Source of the DNA: Rhodospirillales bacterium
Lineage (GTDB): Bacteria > Pseudomonadota > Alphaproteobacteria > Bin95
Reading direction: 5' to 3'
DNA: 64,000 nucleotides
Assembly: GCA_038143065.1 (NCBI GenBank)
Contig: JAYQLI010000035.1
Coordinates: 1,408,894 to 1,472,893, forward strand
The notes under the pieces were generated by a model, which saw nothing but the letters and a program-made list of their open reading frames with translations, had not been told where the DNA came from and did no database searches. Below are positions 60,711 to 64,000 of this stretch, in pieces. Within the stretch, counting starts at the first letter, position 1. Each line of letters opens with the position of its first letter. Both the position numbers and the translations under genes were made by a program.

Positions 60711-61862
60711 CCCCTCTCTCGAAGCCGAGGCTAAAACTATACACGACCGGTTGCTAACCGTTGATACTCACATCGACACGGGCCCGGGCTTCATGACATC
60801 AATACTTGACCCTGGGCGTATTACCCACGCCCAGGTTGACTTACCCAAAATGCGGATTGGTGGCCTCGATGCAGGCTTTTTCATTGTCTATACTGGACAA
60901 GGAACCTGTGACGATGAAGGCTATGCTGCGGCAAGGCTTGCGGCAGAGCAAAAATTCATTGGAATTTCCCGAATGTTTCGGGCCTACCCAAAAGAGATTG
61001 GTCACGCACGAACCGCAAAAGATGTTCTGGAAATTCATGCCACAGGCCGCCTTGTTGGCCTTATAGGGATGGAAAATGCCTATCCGTTGGGAGGTTCAAT
61101 CGATGATCTTCCAATGTGGGCGGCCAGAGGCGTTTGTTATATTTCAATAACACATTTTGGAAACAACCAATTCGGTTGTAGTAGCAACCCTAATTTCAAT
61201 CGAGGCGATAGCAAGGAAGATACTGGCTTAACAGTGTTTGGCGAGAAACTTATTTCTGCAATGAATGATGCAGGAATCATGGTTGATCTGAGCCATGTTG
61301 GAAGACGAACCAGTCTTGAAGCACTTTCGGCTTCTCGAGCGCCAGTTATTGCCTCCCATTCAAGTGTTAATGCAGTTTTCGAACATAGTCGCAACCTAGA
61401 TGATGAGCAGCTCCATGCCATCCGCGACAAAGGTGGCGTCGCACAAATGTGCGCATTTCGTGGTTACCTGGGCTCCGTCGCAACCCCAGTGTCATCTGCC
61501 TTATCAGCGCTTCGAAATCGTCTAGGGCTAAACTCGTCCTCTGACACACTAAACGCAAGCCCAGATAAGCTTGCAGCGTACAGAAGAGAACGTGCAGAAA
61601 TTTATTCCCAACACCCGGACATCACAGTCACACACTTCGTTGACCACATAGACTACGCAGTTAAAAAAATAGGGATCGACCATGTTGGTATTGCCAGTGA
61701 TTTTGATGGTGGCGGAGGAATAGAGGCTGGGATACCGCAGAAGAAAGCCCCAATGTAACAATAGAGTTACTGCGCCGAAATTACTCTGAAACAGATTTAG
61801 AAAAATTATGGGGCGGAAACATTCTTAGGGTCATGAATGAAGTGCAAGCCCTAGCGCGCTAA
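60703..61862 (+). CDS. Membrane dipeptidase (peptidase M19) family protein (frameshift near 61730)
   Basis: DTHID, QVDLPKM..GGL, GMEN, DLSH, ASHS, RNLDDE, HIDY and SDFDGGG. The alternate frame ends KLWGGNILRVM. Confidence 0.92.
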
Positions 61863-61928
61863 ATATTCAGAAGCTGGGCCAAAAGCACAGCAAGCGCCTC
61901 AACGATAAAGCTTAGTCACGCGGTGCAA

Positions 61929-62004
<76 letters not shown>

Positions 62005-62084
62005 GATTTACACTGCACAAGCAGAGCTCTAAAGAGACGATTTAACCTTGAAGGCTGAGAAGCGCAATACCTCTGGAACAATCC

Positions 62085-62420
62085 CTAATCGTCGTCGTCA
62101 TCTCCACCGATGTTAACTCGGGAGAGCTCTGGATCATCATCATCATCATCATCATCGTCATCATCGTCATCTAAAACAACGTCATCGTCGTCGTCACCGA
62201 TGCCATCATCATCTAGATCAATATCATCATCGACATCAGCGGAACGCTCTTTCTTTGCTACCTTTGGCTCAGAAGGCTCAGTACGCTTACCCGCAATATA
62301 TGCCTCAAGAGGGTTCAGATGACCGCAATGAGGGCAAGGTGCCGGATCGCGTAATAGATCATAGAATTGATCACCACATTCAAAGCAGCGGCGCTTTTTT
62401 CCTCGGGCAGCTAGATCCAT
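62085..62420 (-). CDS. FYDLN acid-domain protein (TIGR02300-like)
   Basis: G.KR.C..CG..FYDL...P..CP.CG plus an Asp-rich tail. Conserved position between tRNA-Ala and aroA. Confidence 0.9.
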   Translation of the reverse strand: MDLAARGKKRRCFECGDQFYDLLRDPAPCPHCGHLNPLEAYIAGKRTEPSEPKVAKKERSADVDDDIDLDDDGIGDDDDDVVLDDDDDDDDDDDDDPELSRVNIGGDDDDD

Positions 62421-62558
62421 AAAGAACTCTCCAACTCAATAGTGTCTTCATTCCATAGAAAACGACGGCGCGGAATTGCCAGAAAGGTCACGACCTGTCA
62501 AATACCATCTGTACGCCGTATCGCCGCAGATGAATATAGTAGGAGACTTAAAACCAAA

Positions 62559-63931
62559 ATGGGATCCCCCTTCTCCACCGCGAAGCTCGCGGCTCCGCTA
62601 TTCGCCATTCAAGCCAAAACGGGCCTGAAGGAGATATTCGTCCGCCGGGTGATAAGTCAATTTCTCATCGTTCACTTTTATTGAATGCGATGGCTGTAGG
62701 ACACTCCTGTGTGACAGGACTTCTCGAAGGAGAAGATGTCATCGACATGGCAAAAGCCTTAAGGCAGCTCGGAGCGACTATTGAACGTCGCGAAGTAGAG
62801 ACAGGCATTGAGTGGCATATTGACGGCGTTGGCGTTCAAGGCTTTCAAGAGCCAGAAAATATTTTGAACATGGGCAACTCCGGCACAGCTGCAAGGCTAT
62901 TAGCAGGAGCTATAGCTGGCTGCAGAAACTTTGCCGTTATGACAGGAGATGCATCACTTCGCTCTCGACCAATGGCACGAGTAACAGAACCTCTAACCAT
63001 GATGGGAGCTCAATTCTGGACAAGTTCTAATGGCAGATTGCCGATGGCAATTCGAGGTGCCGCAAACCCAATACCTCTAGACTTCACCTCTCCTGTAGCC
63101 TCAGCCCAAGTGAAATCAGCTTTGCTGTTAGCTGGGCTTGCCGCACCGGGCGAAACTCGAATTGTTGAACCCGTCATGAGCCGTGACCACACCGAGCGGA
63201 TGCTTTCCCGCATGGGTGCATCAATACAGAGTGGCCCAGCAATCGGTGAAAATGGGTGGGAAGTGCGCTTAGTGGGCCAGCCAGAGTTATGTGCTATAGA
63301 CGTAGACGTTCCAGCAGATATTTCATCGGCCGCATTCCCAATGGTAGCTACACTTATTACTCCAGGCTCAGAAGTTCGTCTCAATCATATAGGGCTTAAC
63401 CAAGCACGAGCAGGACTAGTCACAACACTGCAAGAAATGGGGGGCGATATAGAAGTAGTTAATACGCGTGACGTAGGGGGTGAACCTGTTGGAGATATTT
63501 TAGTTCGTCCCTCGAGCCTCAAGGGCATCGATGTCCCAGCAGCTCGCGCTGCTTCAATGATAGATGAGTATCCAATTCTAGCTATCGCAGCGGCAGCGGC
63601 TGAAGGTCAAACAAGAATGCGGGGCATAGGAGAGTTGAGGGTAAAGGAAAGTGATCGAATAGCATTAATGACTGAAGGCCTAGCTTCTGCTGGGGTTAAA
63701 GTAACTGAGTCTAAAGATGAATTGCTTGTTACTGGATCTAGCCAGATACAAGGAAACTGTACTGTCAGCACTGCGCTGGACCATAGAATCGCTATGTCAT
63801 TTTTAATCCTTGGACTTATCTCGAAGCATCCAATAACCATCGATGACTCAAGTCCTATCTCCACAAGTTTTCCAAGCTTTCAAGCATTGATGGCATCCCT
63901 TGGGGCTGAATTTGGAACACCCAATCAATGA
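62559..63931 (+). CDS. aroA: 3-phosphoshikimate 1-carboxyvinyltransferase (frameshifts in first ~40 codons)
   Basis: [39 protein letters not shown] and DHRIAM. Confidence 0.97.
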
Positions 63932-64000
63932 TAATAGCAATTGATGGTCCTGCAGCATCGGGGAAAGGTACCCTCGCCCGAAACCTAGCCAAACATTTCG
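63928..64000 (+). CDS. cmk: Cytidylate kinase, 5' fragment (runs off window)
   Basis: [17 protein letters not shown], with an ATGA overlap with aroA. Confidence 0.93.
   Translation, partial: MIIAIDGPAASGKGTLARNLAKHF

Noticed and set aside
62085-62240. (TCA/TCG)n tandem repeat
   Set aside because: It encodes the poly-Asp tail of the FYDLN protein. It is not a CRISPR array or a separate repeat element.

Overview
Chromosomal window from an alphaproteobacterium, probably Rhodospirillales-like. This is inferred from the rrn layout 16S-Ile-Ala-23S-5S-fMet, the chvI-chvG-manX-ptsH block and the tRNA-Ala-FYDLN-aroA-cmk block. It holds one complete rRNA operon (minus strand, about 3.5-9.1 kb), a tRNA-Ala(GGC), some housekeeping genes (phrB, tag, nth, metH, aroA, cmk) and about 45 kb of catabolic genes of unknown substrate. 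These include 3 TauD dioxygenases, PhyH, an FMO, an LLM oxidoreductase, 2 GMC oxidoreductases, 4 SDRs, 2 crotonases, PrpD, CitE, a CoxL-like subunit and 2 beta-decarboxylating dehydrogenases. About 30 genes are split, mostly by 1-nt indels in homopolymers, and the 16S shows the same defect, so most splits look like long-read consensus error rather than biology. I saw no CRISPR array, IS, integrase or prophage. Best leads: (i) a PrpD / Glu-less crotonase / His-less Fe-ADH-fold / CitE module beside two TauD plus decarboxylating-dehydrogenase pairs; (ii) a probably naturally split metH with a SahR-like operator over its promoter; (iii) signs of real genome erosion, namely GC-rich rRNA among AT-drifted genes, hprK and pckA missing from the chvIG locus, gene stubs, orphan subunits and no local regulators. 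All functional calls come from motif recognition by eye. No database search was run.
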